Source of the DNA: Desulfurococcales archaeon
GTDB lineage: Archaea; Thermoproteota; Thermoprotei_A; Sulfolobales; Desulfurococcaceae
Reading direction: 5' to 3'
Assembly (NCBI GenBank): GCA_027022365.1
Contig: JALVYU010000026.1
Coordinates: 352,001-416,000, forward strand
Length of the DNA stretch: 64,000 bases
Shown here: in pieces, positions 1-9,552 of the stretch
Position numbering within the stretch: position 1 is the first letter of the stretch
How the letters are laid out: each line of letters opens with the position of its first letter
The notes under the pieces: model-generated
What the model saw: only the letters and a program-made list of their open reading frames with translations
Database searches by the model: none
What the model was told of the DNA's origin: nothing
Made by a program: the position numbers and the translations under genes

Positions 1-1643
1 GTTTAACATTTGCCGGCGCCTACATATTGTATAATCAAGGTATAGTCGATTTCATCAGAATTAATACCCGCATACCTCGCGGAAAAATCATCCGTTCAAC
101 TCCCTCTACTACTTCAAAACAAGTAGTGATTGTCAATGATAGGGGAGAGGTTATAGGTATAGGAGAAAATACCGGCGAAGGAGTACAGGTAATTAAGATT
201 TTTAAGAGGAGGAAACACCCTGTGGAAACAAGCGGGAAACCAGCGAATCTCGATACTGTTATAAAACATAATGAATATGCTCTGCAGTACTATGAAGACA
301 GATCCGTCAAGCTACTTAGAAAACTGTATATGCTATATGGGGGCCCTGTAGTGGTTTCTTATTCGGGCGGAAAAGATAGCCTAATAGCGCTATATCTCAC
401 ATTAAAAGCCCTTGGCGACGCAGAACTACTATTTAATGATACAGGACTAGAACTTCCTGATACGATAAAGAATGTAGAATATGTCTCCCAAAAATACGGC
501 TTGAAGCTAACTGTAGCATCAGCTGGGAATATCTTCTGGAAAGCTGTAAAGGTATTTGGTCCTCCGGGCAAAGACTATCGCTGGTGCTGTAAGATAACCA
601 AGCTAGTTCCACTAGCAAGAACCGCTAGGAAGAAATGGCCCCGGAAAGCACTAAACATAGTAGGTCAGCGTGCATTCGAATCAATTGATCGTGCAAAAAG
701 TCCTATCATATGGAGAAACCGCTGGATACCGCATCTGATTAGTGCCACACCCATTCAGGAATGGAACCAGTTACTGGAGTGGTTATATATAAGGAAAAAC
801 AATCTTCCATACAATCCCCTATATGATAAGGGATTCGAGAGGCTGGGATGCTTCTTATGTCCATCAAGCACGTTAGCGGAGTTCAAAGAGGTAGAGAAAA
901 CCTATCCTGAACTATGGAATAAATGGATCGAAGAGCTGGAATATTGGAGAGAAAAACTACAACAACCAAAAGAATGGATAACTCTGGGGCTGTGGAGATG
1001 GTTATCACCAGCCGTCGCTAAGCAAAGACTTACCAAACATATACCCGGCTATGAAATAGATTGGAAAAAAGAATACGCTCTCAGATTAAAGTTCTCAGAA
1101 ATAGGGCTAGCCCCTTGTAGGGTAAATAAGAATGATATGGGGATCGAGATAGTCTTCGACAACAATATTCTACGGAAAAACATGGTTCAACAAATTATCT
1201 ATTCACTGAAGACAATTACGCCTAATGTGACAATGAAGAACAATGATGATCAACCGGTAATAAGTATCAATATGAATGATGTACATGCATTAATTTCGAA
1301 AAATACAATAGTTGTGAATAAAAAGCTTGAGAATAGTCTTGAAGAGTTAGCGGACATATTGAAGGCTATCTACAGGATATACGGGTGCACTAAATGTGGA
1401 AGCTGTATTCTATGGTGCCCTAGAAATAATATTATGCTTAGAAATCATGGAGCCATATTCGGTGATCAATGTGACAGGTGTAGAATCTGTATAGATGTTT
1501 GCCCTGTAGCGGAGGTACTCGTAGAAAGAGTTGTACTCCCATTAATAACAGGTGACCCGGCAATATGGAAGAGATCATCTAGAAGACACGGTGATGAATT
1601 AATAAAAGCCTTTAAGGAGTATGGCATAGTCGATGAAGTCTAG
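1..1643 (+). CDS. PAPS-reductase-family protein with C-terminal 4Fe-4S ferredoxin-like domain (5'-truncated by window edge)
   Basis: SYSGGKDS PP-loop, RWCC...K, RLGCFLCP, C-terminal CxxCxxCxxxCP motifs; frame is open from position 3. Confidence 0.85.
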   Translation, partial: LTFAGAYILYNQGIVDFIRINTRIPRGKIIRSTPSTTSKQVVIVNDRGEVIGIGENTGEGVQVIKIFKRRKHPVETSGKPANLDTVIKHNEYALQYYEDRSVKLLRKLYMLYGGPVVVSYSGGKDSLIALYLTLKALGDAELLFNDTGLELPDTIKNVEYVSQKYGLKLTVASAGNIFWKAVKVFGPPGKDYRWCCKITKLVPLARTARKKWPRKALNIVGQRAFESIDRAKSPIIWRNRWIPHLISATPIQEWNQLLEWLYIRKNNLPYNPLYDKGFERLGCFLCPSSTLAEFKEVEKTYPELWNKWIEELEYWREKLQQPKEWITLGLWRWLSPAVAKQRLTKHIPGYEIDWKKEYALRLKFSEIGLAPCRVNKNDMGIEIVFDNNILRKNMVQQIIYSLKTITPNVTMKNNDDQPVISINMNDVHALISKNTIVVNKKLENSLEELADILKAIYRIYGCTKCGSCILWCPRNNIMLRNHGAIFGDQCDRCRICIDVCPVAEVLVERVVLPLITGDPAIWKRSSRRHGDELIKAFKEYGIVDEV

Positions 1644-1664
1644 GCATATGCGACTATCCAAGCA

Positions 1665-4466
1665 TTATTTCTTTTCTAGAAACTTCTTGATCTTTAGATA
1701 ATTCTTCTCACTCTCGTATATCAATTTATATATTTCATCTTCACTTGACGCTCTCCTCAAGATCTTAATGGCCTCGGTGACACCCACACCCGGGGAAGCT
1801 AGTAGTATAAGAGCTATTCTTCCATAATATGTTAGGAGAAGAGCTCGTTTCTTTAGATCATCAATAATTTTTCTCTCATCCCGTCTGAGACGGCGCCCTT
1901 TCTTCCATTTCTCTAAGCTCCTTAGAGTTTTATCGTCCAAGATCTTTAGGGGAGCTAATGTTCTAAGACCGCATCGAGGGCAACTGAATGTTTCATTGTT
2001 GTTGACTAGGTCTTTAACTCTGCCGTCTATTGTGTACCCACAATTAATACATATCAGTTTTATTTTTCGCGAAAGAATCCTATCCTTATAGGCGTTATAA
2101 TCCACTATTCCAACGTTTTCGGCCAATATAGGAACATGTTTTACAACTTTCTTCAACACGCTATCATCAATTGACTGTCTAATTATCTTCGTGACACTTA
2201 TCTGTCCTTCTTCGATCTTTCTAGCGATAACTATTAATCCTCTAAGGTCGAAATCTTTAGTTAAAACCTCATTTAATGCTTCATCCCCAATTATAGTCTC
2301 TCCAAGCCTATCAAGCAAATTCCGCGTGATCTTGTCCGCTGCAGGATCGATTGCACCAAATCTTTGTCCTACCTGATAGATCCTCCAATAATAATAGGAT
2401 GTTTTTCTAACTATTGATCTTATGTCTTCAGAAACTAAATGATATAGACTGGCTATCAGCTCATATATTAGATCATAAACTCTAGTATCAAGAGGAATAT
2501 TACGCGATTGAAAAACGATATAGTATGGAGTTGAATAAGCGTTTATTTTGTATATCGGATAGCGAAGCTTTATATGAAATCTAAGTATTTCTTTAAGAAG
2601 ATTATTTATTCGTGTACCTCCTGTTAAATATACTACAATGAGGCCTTTACTCCGGATATACTCGACTATTACTCTCTTATCACTAAACATTTCATCAAGA
2701 TCACTAGTAAGTTCTTTCACAGCGTTTTGTACATGTTCAGGGTAACCACGAGTTTTACTAGTTGCGATCATCCTAATGATCGCACCAACGTATCTTGCCA
2801 CACCATACTCTACAGGAATATTTTCGCCTTCCCAATGAGGAATAATCGGTGGTGCTTCAGCGTCAAGTCTCTCTACATACAATTTATGCGAGTCCTTATC
2901 GTACTCCACAACTTTCCAGAGCTTTCCTCCGAGAACAATGGGATCGCCAGGGTTAATGTTTATTAGAACATATTCTTCATTCAAAACACCTACTTTATTA
3001 CCAGTTGAAACTTCTACTACAGGTATATCACGTGTTTCAGGAATCATACTTGTTTTGTATATGTATAGTCTGGTTTTTCTCGTGGGATATATACGTGAAT
3101 CACGTATGTATATAATCCTAGAATATTCCAAGTACTCAATTACCTTCTCGAACTCAGTATAATCTAGGCTGTTGAAAAGTGGATAACCAATTATTAGTTC
3201 ATATAATTCTGATAATCTGATACCATTAGACTTAATTAGTGATAGAACCGATATGACATAAGCTAGAATATCAAGAGGTTTGTAAGTAATATTTTCTCGC
3301 TCAAGAATGTTTTTCTCAGCTCTTTTAATAAGAGTATATGATTCAAGGATCTCTAATGGATTATCGAGCGGAATAATACATCCTTTGCCAACACCGTAGA
3401 GCTTATGCCCACTTCTACCAATCCTCTGTACAAGTCTAATTGTCTGTCTTGGTGACATATATTGTATGACATAGTTGACTAAACCTATATCGATCCCCAA
3501 TTCCATACTTGATGTTGCAACTAAAGCATCTAGATTTCCATAACGAAATTCATCTTCTATTTGGAGCCTGTGTTTCCGTGATAAACTGCCGTGGTGTACG
3601 CCGATCCTAATATCTAATCCAAGAATATTTGATATTTTGTCAAGTATATATGATAATTTTTCAGATAATGAACGGGTATTGACAAATATTAAGACGTGAC
3701 GATATTTCTTTATCAGTCCTAATATAATGGCTATTCTAGCTGATAATTGTTTATCATATGTAATTTTGCTTATTTTTTCACATAACTCATCACACTTTGG
3801 TACATACAAATCCATATCAAGTCGTCTTAACCTTTTTTCTCTTATAACCCATGTTTTTACCGGTATCATATTACCCTCGAGCAATTGTCGAGCATCGTTT
3901 TCTCTCACAAGTGTTGCCGTTAATCCTATTTTTATAATATCATTGCTTACTACTCCTAGTTTTTGAAGAAAGTAAATTAATGATAAAAGCAAAACTCCCC
4001 TTTTACTCTCCATTAGATCCCTTAATTCGTCAATAATTATGTAGCGCAGATTTCTCAAATGCTTTCTAAGAGTTTCATTTAGAACTATATATGTAAATGT
4101 CTCGGGTGTCGTAATAAGTACATGGGGTGGCGTTCTTGCTATCTTTTTTCTCATACTATATGGTGTATCCCCATGCCTAAGTTCAACATTTACACCGAAA
4201 CACTTACCCAGCCTCTTTAATCTTAAAGTAATATCTCTGTTAAGAGCTCGTAGTGGCGTGATGTATATGGCTGATATCGGATTCCTTTTACTAACCATGA
4301 TATCATAGAAGACAGGTATCATTGCCGCCTCGGTTTTTCCGGAACCTGTTGGGGCAACTATTATGGTTGAGATTTTATTGTTGTATATCGTGTTGAAAGC
4401 TTTTTTCTGTAAATACGTTAATTCATTGTATCCGATAGCTTCTAAACACTTGTTGATGTCTCGCAT
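1665..4466 (-). CDS. lhr: Lhr-family SF2 helicase
   Basis: APTGSGKT, ITPLRALNRD, TTPET, HHGSL, ATSSMELGIDIG, QRIGRSGH, IPHWEGE, C-terminal Cys4; probable start MRDINK at 4466 because the longer ORF overlaps the divergent gene. Confidence 0.9.
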   Translation of the reverse strand: MRDINKCLEAIGYNELTYLQKKAFNTIYNNKISTIIVAPTGSGKTEAAMIPVFYDIMVSKRNPISAIYITPLRALNRDITLRLKRLGKCFGVNVELRHGDTPYSMRKKIARTPPHVLITTPETFTYIVLNETLRKHLRNLRYIIIDELRDLMESKRGVLLLSLIYFLQKLGVVSNDIIKIGLTATLVRENDARQLLEGNMIPVKTWVIREKRLRRLDMDLYVPKCDELCEKISKITYDKQLSARIAIILGLIKKYRHVLIFVNTRSLSEKLSYILDKISNILGLDIRIGVHHGSLSRKHRLQIEDEFRYGNLDALVATSSMELGIDIGLVNYVIQYMSPRQTIRLVQRIGRSGHKLYGVGKGCIIPLDNPLEILESYTLIKRAEKNILERENITYKPLDILAYVISVLSLIKSNGIRLSELYELIIGYPLFNSLDYTEFEKVIEYLEYSRIIYIRDSRIYPTRKTRLYIYKTSMIPETRDIPVVEVSTGNKVGVLNEEYVLININPGDPIVLGGKLWKVVEYDKDSHKLYVERLDAEAPPIIPHWEGENIPVEYGVARYVGAIIRMIATSKTRGYPEHVQNAVKELTSDLDEMFSDKRVIVEYIRSKGLIVVYLTGGTRINNLLKEILRFHIKLRYPIYKINAYSTPYYIVFQSRNIPLDTRVYDLIYELIASLYHLVSEDIRSIVRKTSYYYWRIYQVGQRFGAIDPAADKITRNLLDRLGETIIGDEALNEVLTKDFDLRGLIVIARKIEEGQISVTKIIRQSIDDSVLKKVVKHVPILAENVGIVDYNAYKDRILSRKIKLICINCGYTIDGRVKDLVNNNETFSCPRCGLRTLAPLKILDDKTLRSLEKWKKGRRLRRDERKIIDDLKKRALLLTYYGRIALILLASPGVGVTEAIKILRRASSEDEIYKLIYESEKNYLKIKKFLEKK

Positions 4467-4547
4467 TTCGTTAGTTCCCATTTTCATCATCGATGATTTT
4501 ATCCCCTTATATATAGACTTTGGAAATATATTATTGGGGAATATCTT

Positions 4548-6323
4548 GTGACTAGCTACAAATACAAAGTACCCACAAAGATTATTTTGTTTATTTTGTC
4601 GAATATTTTGGCTATTCTGTTTTATTCTGAAGCAACTGTATACGTATATAATGTTAAGATTTCTCATATCGTTATTCTCGTAATAGCTATAATATTACAG
4701 CTTGTTATGCTTTATTTAAGTAGTAACTCATTTATGATTTCAATATTATATGTTGTTTTTTCATTATATATTGCTACACCATTATCAATTTATTTCATTA
4801 CCGGATTATTACTACCTTTGCTCATAGCACTGTTTCTAAACAAGGAATTATTTAGGAAGGATAGTCTACTTATCACTATATATAATTTATCTAGAAAAAC
4901 TTATTCTAAGAGGTCTATAAGTCTGATACTGCATTCATTGGCAAGATATTTTGCATGTCTAACCATTATGTTGACTGTTATGTACTTCTTCTTAGAATTA
5001 GTGGCAATACCTTCCACAATTCGTTCTATTTACATCGTATTCCTCCCAATTTCAATTGCAACAGGCTTTATACTAATAACTTTATGGGAGATCGAGCCTT
5101 TAATTGCAAGCATGATAGCTGCATTTTCGATATATTCCCTCGGAGTATTTCCTGGCGTGATCATTGGTTATAATGCTGCTTTTACAGAAAAGGAAAAGAT
5201 CGTGGAAGGCATATATTTTGGAGATGTAGTTGCAACACTGGAATACGGTTATCCATCAAAACAGTATTTTGATACTTTCCCCCACGACAGTAAAATGCGA
5301 AAAACATGGTATTGGAGAAAATCTAACGAGAGGCTAATTATAGATATTGCCAATCTTCCCAATCAGCACCTTGTAATAGTTGGCGCGTCTGGGATGGGAA
5401 AATCATTTCTAGCTAAGCATATTGTCAGACAAATGATCAAAAAGTATAATTATAAGGCTATTGTTGTCGACTTTCACAATGAATACAACGATCTAATTGA
5501 TCTTGAAGATATACTGTATATTGATGCTAAAAACGTTTCTATAAACCCGTTTACATTAACTCGACTAAGTCCACGGGAACAAGCGCACTATATTTCACAA
5601 TTGATTTCATCAATATTTAACCTCGGGAATATACAGCAAATAACATTGGAAAATATAATAATTAAGGCATATGAGCATAAAGGAATATATGAGGATAAAC
5701 CGGAGACCTGGCACAATAAACCGCCTACCTCTAGAGATATTATTAATACCGCACTCGCGTTATCAGACGAATTCGATACTAAACGAGTTCTACCATATCT
5801 TAAAACTTTGGACAGTATATTAACACAAACAACAGAGTTAAATATAGAAAAAATCGTCCAGCACTCAGCGATCATCAACTTATCGGAACTACCAAGCGAG
5901 TTTATGCGAATAATTTATGTTTATACATTATTACAAAATATTCTCGACTACCTCTACACTAAAAGAGTTAATAAAAGAATTGTTATAGTTATCGATGAAG
6001 CTCATAGGATATTTTCAAGAAAATTCGCCCGGACAATAATATCAAGATATCTAATGGAATCGAGAAAATATGGTATCTCAATCATTATAATTACACAACA
6101 ACCAACAGATCTAATCTCTCATATATTTCAAAACACTGTGGTAAAGGCTTCATTCCGTATAAACGAACCAAAAAACTTAGAATACATGGCTAAGATTATA
6201 TGTGAGGTCGAAGACCAAGCAAAAGTCAAGACAATAAAATACGCATTACGTAACGTCGATAAGGGGGAATATGTTATAAAAATAGAAACAATGAATAAGA
6301 TATACCTTGTTAGGATCAGATAA
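4548..6323 (+). CDS. Membrane-anchored HerA/VirB4/VirD4-like (DUF87) ATPase, CedB/CedD-like
   Basis: Several N-terminal hydrophobic helices; HLVIVGASGMGKS Walker A, VDFHNEY, VIDEAH Walker B, ESRKYG, ITQQP. Confidence 0.75.
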   Translation: MTSYKYKVPTKIILFILSNILAILFYSEATVYVYNVKISHIVILVIAIILQLVMLYLSSNSFMISILYVVFSLYIATPLSIYFITGLLLPLLIALFLNKELFRKDSLLITIYNLSRKTYSKRSISLILHSLARYFACLTIMLTVMYFFLELVAIPSTIRSIYIVFLPISIATGFILITLWEIEPLIASMIAAFSIYSLGVFPGVIIGYNAAFTEKEKIVEGIYFGDVVATLEYGYPSKQYFDTFPHDSKMRKTWYWRKSNERLIIDIANLPNQHLVIVGASGMGKSFLAKHIVRQMIKKYNYKAIVVDFHNEYNDLIDLEDILYIDAKNVSINPFTLTRLSPREQAHYISQLISSIFNLGNIQQITLENIIIKAYEHKGIYEDKPETWHNKPPTSRDIINTALALSDEFDTKRVLPYLKTLDSILTQTTELNIEKIVQHSAIINLSELPSEFMRIIYVYTLLQNILDYLYTKRVNKRIVIVIDEAHRIFSRKFARTIISRYLMESRKYGISIIIITQQPTDLISHIFQNTVVKASFRINEPKNLEYMAKIICEVEDQAKVKTIKYALRNVDKGEYVIKIETMNKIYLVRIR

Positions 6324-6409
6324 GAATCAAAGTTAACATTTTTAGTTATCTATCGAAATACTAAAGTAATACCACGAATTCGTCGAAAATATTATCAGGG
6401 TGATATCTT

Positions 6410-6667
6410 ATGCTCACTGAAGAATTTGATCAAGACATTACTACCGAGGAATTCTTCAGTATCGAGGCAAAATCGGTTCCAATAGCTTTGCTATCAGAAT
6501 TTATCAATAAAACAAGATTATGGATAACAGCTCTTTCCGGAAATATCTCAGAGAAAGAATTCCTTGAAATTTATCATAAGCTCGAGGAGAAGAGAAAGAA
6601 AATACGTGAACAACGCAAAGAGATTAAAAAGAGTAAGAAATCCAAATCAGTGAAATCAAAAAGCTAA
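6410..6667 (+). CDS. rpo13: RNA polymerase subunit Rpo13
   Basis: Acidic N-terminus, core KTRLWITALSGNISEKE resembling the Sulfolobus Rpo13 NTEIWDNLLNGKISVDE helix pair, Lys-rich tail; SD GGTGA. Confidence 0.65.
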   Translation: MLTEEFDQDITTEEFFSIEAKSVPIALLSEFINKTRLWITALSGNISEKEFLEIYHKLEEKRKKIREQRKEIKKSKKSKSVKSKS

Positions 6668-6685
6668 CATTACTATCATTATTTA

Positions 6686-7066
6686 TTAGAATATCTGCCT
6701 CTCTACTTCTATTTCACTGAACCCTATCTCCTCAAGGCATTTTTTCAATAAGTCAAGGTCGAATCTGCGATCAAATATTATTTCTGCATTCTTACCATTG
6801 TTTTTCTCAAGCTTAATTTTATGTACAACAACCCTACCAAGAATAGCATCACGGGAATCCTTAGGTATGAACAAGTATTCCTCGAACTTTTTCCTGGCCA
6901 TATTATAGAATTCATCGAAGTTAGCAATGATCCTCATGGCCTCAGATAGATCCCTTGTTTCTCCATGATGAGATAGTATACACTCCAGTAACTCCATAGT
7001 CTTCTTATCGGATAGTTTAACATGAGGACTTCGGGCTAGATCAATTATAATCTTTATTCGGCCCAC
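6686..7066 (-). CDS. hypothetical protein (126 aa)
   Basis: ORF with SD GGTGA, fills gap. Confidence 0.65.
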   Translation of the reverse strand: MGRIKIIIDLARSPHVKLSDKKTMELLECILSHHGETRDLSEAMRIIANFDEFYNMARKKFEEYLFIPKDSRDAILGRVVVHKIKLEKNNGKNAEIIFDRRFDLDLLKKCLEEIGFSEIEVERQIF

Positions 7067-7131
7067 GAGACTATCACCAAATATAATTACATACTCCTAC
7101 ACACATATATTTTAGAAGGAGGTGATGAGTA

Positions 7132-7890
7132 CTGTTCAGAGCTGTTTATCCAACAGCAAGTAAGTTCAAGTACATTGCTCAGACACTGGCAAAAATCACG
7201 GATGAGATCCCATTTTACGCTACCCCGGACTCGCTAGAAGCGAGAATACTTAGCCCGGATAAGACTACATTAGCTATACTCAAGATACCATCAATAGCGT
7301 TTGAAGAGTATGAGTGTGACGAAGAAAGATTTTTTGTAATCGGCGCTGATGAGTTCAATAAGATCATGCGTAGAGGAACAAGAAACGATGCCGCCGTCTT
7401 CGAGCTATTAGAGGATAAGAACATATTCAGGATAGTATTCCGAAACAAAAAGACCGGTGTTGAAAGAACATTCGAGATTGAAACCAAGCCTAGAGCACAA
7501 GAAAAAGTCCCTGAACCAGAGCTAGAGCTAGGAGTAACTCTTAGAATGCTAACCGATGATTACAAAAACATAATCAGGGACCTAAAGATCGTTGGGGAGG
7601 ATGCTACATTCACCTACAAAGACGGAAAACTATTGATACACTCCATGACGCAACAGAAAGAATATCGTGGAGAATTCGAACAAGACAATCCATTACTCTA
7701 TATATCAGCTACTGTTGATTCAGCCCGTGCAAAGTATAGTGTTGGTCTACTCGAATCTACACTAAAACCGACACAGGCATCAAAAACCGTAACAATATCA
7801 TTCGATACAGACAAGCCTATAAAGATTGTATTCGAGCTACCGGAAGGCGGAAGTATAGTTTATTGGATTGTCCCGAGAATAGAGGCCTAA
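7132..7890 (+). CDS. pcn: PCNA sliding-clamp subunit, apparent CTG start
   Basis: Frame extends upstream of the called ORF to (M)FRAVYPTASKFKYIAQTLAKITDE...LSPDKT; 252 aa; C-terminal KPIKIVF...YWIVPR; SD GGAGGTGA at 7118-7125. Confidence 0.9.
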   Translation: MFRAVYPTASKFKYIAQTLAKITDEIPFYATPDSLEARILSPDKTTLAILKIPSIAFEEYECDEERFFVIGADEFNKIMRRGTRNDAAVFELLEDKNIFRIVFRNKKTGVERTFEIETKPRAQEKVPEPELELGVTLRMLTDDYKNIIRDLKIVGEDATFTYKDGKLLIHSMTQQKEYRGEFEQDNPLLYISATVDSARAKYSVGLLESTLKPTQASKTVTISFDTDKPIKIVFELPEGGSIVYWIVPRIEA

Positions 7891-8127
7891 TCACCCTCTT
7901 TCAAGCTTGGATAACAAATCCATCAAGACCTTTTGCGCCTCGCTTCTTTTTATCTTCTTCGACTTACTGATCGATAAGTCGAACTTCCATACAGGATTAG
8001 GACAAATGTTTCTACGTGGGCACACAAAGCAGCAGTGAGGACACACCATTAGTTCCTCATCCATCGTACATGTTCTCGTTGGCCTATGGAGACCGCAGAT
8101 ACTGCATTGTTCCCAGTAAATAGTCAT
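7891..8127 (-). CDS. small Cys-rich (zinc-binding) hypothetical protein
   Basis: CSIC, CPHCCFVCPRRNICP. Confidence 0.7.
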   Translation of the reverse strand: MTIYWEQCSICGLHRPTRTCTMDEELMVCPHCCFVCPRRNICPNPVWKFDLSISKSKKIKRSEAQKVLMDLLSKLERG

Positions 8128-8172
8128 TTCGTAATCCCCGTGTAATTATAATATGTCGAACACTAATAATTA

Positions 8173-8266
8173 CCTAATGCCGTACCGATGAGGCACAGGA
8201 TCCGCGGCGGGGCACAACGTCCTAGCCGCCCCGCATGGGTAGACTGTGCTGAGGGATGCAGGCCCT
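8173..8266 (+). ncRNA. GC-rich K-turn hairpin RNA candidate (atypical C/D or H/ACA-like)
   Basis: GATGA-G-GCACAG...CTGTGC-TGA closes a K-turn-like stem around a GC-rich inner hairpin in an AT-rich intergenic gap. Confidence 0.5.
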
Positions 8267-8269
8267 TAT

Positions 8270-9043
8270 CTACACTACGCCTATGTTGTTCATGGTAAGT
8301 AATTGTTTAAACCTTAATGCATCATCATACATGTAGATATTATTGAACAACACATATACTTCATTTGTTTGGAAAGTTTTTATTTTCTCTAATAGTTTAT
8401 AGAGATCTTCATCCGTATACTTATATCGATAATTGGTTTCTCTAGATCCTATACCATGTAGCCTGATATAGACCATATCATCGTACCAAACCGGCTCACG
8501 CCTGAATATGTCAACTATATGGATTACCCCGTGTTTCACCAGGATCCTTCTTAATTCATCATCGTGTTTTGCCCATTCCCCACGGGGCTCCCAACCCAGC
8601 AACACCTGATCAGCTATGTTTTTTGCAGCATCGAAAAAGCGGTCCACTTGTATAAGCATTTCATGATTAAAGGGCATAGACGGAGGTGTTTGTAATACTA
8701 TTATTCTGGATTTGAGCACTTTCGCGATCTCAACACATTTTTCCAGCGCATCAAGATTCTCCTTTGTAGGTTTTAAGAAACCATACTTATCAATATCGCC
8801 GGGGGGTTTATGCTTCAGTTTCTTCCATGTAGGCGAGCGCTTAGGATGAGTTATCACCTGCCAGGCTTTCATTGTGAACTCGAAATCAGTAGGCGCTTCT
8901 TTTCTTATTTTCTCGGCCCAGACAATAGATGGTAGATTGTAGAATGTGTTTTGGAGCTCTACTAGCTTAAAGTCATTATAGTATTTCTTTCTAGCTTTGG
9001 GAAAACCACAACATCCAACTTTAACTATCAATTTGCTTTTCAA
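8270..9043 (-). CDS. DUF72 family protein
   Basis: VGCCGF, VELQNTFY, FTMKA, LQTPPS, WEPRG, YIRLHG, YVLFNN. Confidence 0.9.
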   Translation of the reverse strand: MKSKLIVKVGCCGFPKARKKYYNDFKLVELQNTFYNLPSIVWAEKIRKEAPTDFEFTMKAWQVITHPKRSPTWKKLKHKPPGDIDKYGFLKPTKENLDALEKCVEIAKVLKSRIIVLQTPPSMPFNHEMLIQVDRFFDAAKNIADQVLLGWEPRGEWAKHDDELRRILVKHGVIHIVDIFRREPVWYDDMVYIRLHGIGSRETNYRYKYTDEDLYKLLEKIKTFQTNEVYVLFNNIYMYDDALRFKQLLTMNNIGVV

Positions 9044-9049
9044 TACTTG

Positions 9050-9475
9050 TTACTCCCTCTTTAACTCGAGGGCTTTTACACTTTTGATAGGCTCCAACTT
9101 CATCAATATTCGCTCTATTTCCTCAGGAGTGCTTATCAATGCTTTTGATAAGTCCACAACCATATAGCATTCACCGATCTCACCGCGACGAATGACCAAG
9201 CATCTTGTAGCAATAATATCGATTCCATGGTCGGCGAGCTCCTTGGCAATTTCAGCTAAAACGCCGGGCCTGTCCTCGATCTCAATAGTCATCTCCACAA
9301 GCCTAGCCCGCTCTGGAACAGGAGATAACACTATTTCTTTCTTTTCTCGATCCGCTATAAGAAGAATATTCATGCCCTCATGAATATCTAGTGCTTCCCT
9401 AATAGTCAATGGAATTGTTATTCTACCTTTAGAATCAACCCTTACCAGTTCTTTTATCTTAACCAATCTCTCCAC
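9050..9475 (-). CDS. AbrB/MazE-type DNA-binding domain plus ACT domain regulator
   Basis: VDSKGRITIP...REALDI; DRPGVLAEIA ACT signature. Confidence 0.85.
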   Translation of the reverse strand: MERLVKIKELVRVDSKGRITIPLTIREALDIHEGMNILLIADREKKEIVLSPVPERARLVEMTIEIEDRPGVLAEIAKELADHGIDIIATRCLVIRRGEIGECYMVVDLSKALISTPEEIERILMKLEPIKSVKALELKRE

Positions 9476-9552
9476 CTCGACCAGTCACGTAGAATAATTA
9501 TTTTTGAGAATAATATTGATTATCCCACGAAAATCCCATCTACTTAGATACG

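Noticed and set aside
4440-4492. ATGATGA on the minus strand as a C/D sRNA
   Set aside because: No convincing D box at guide distance; overlaps the lhr start
4467-4667. N-terminal extension of the Lhr ORF to 1000 aa
   Set aside because: Overlaps the divergent ATPase gene and promoter; helicase homology starts near 4466
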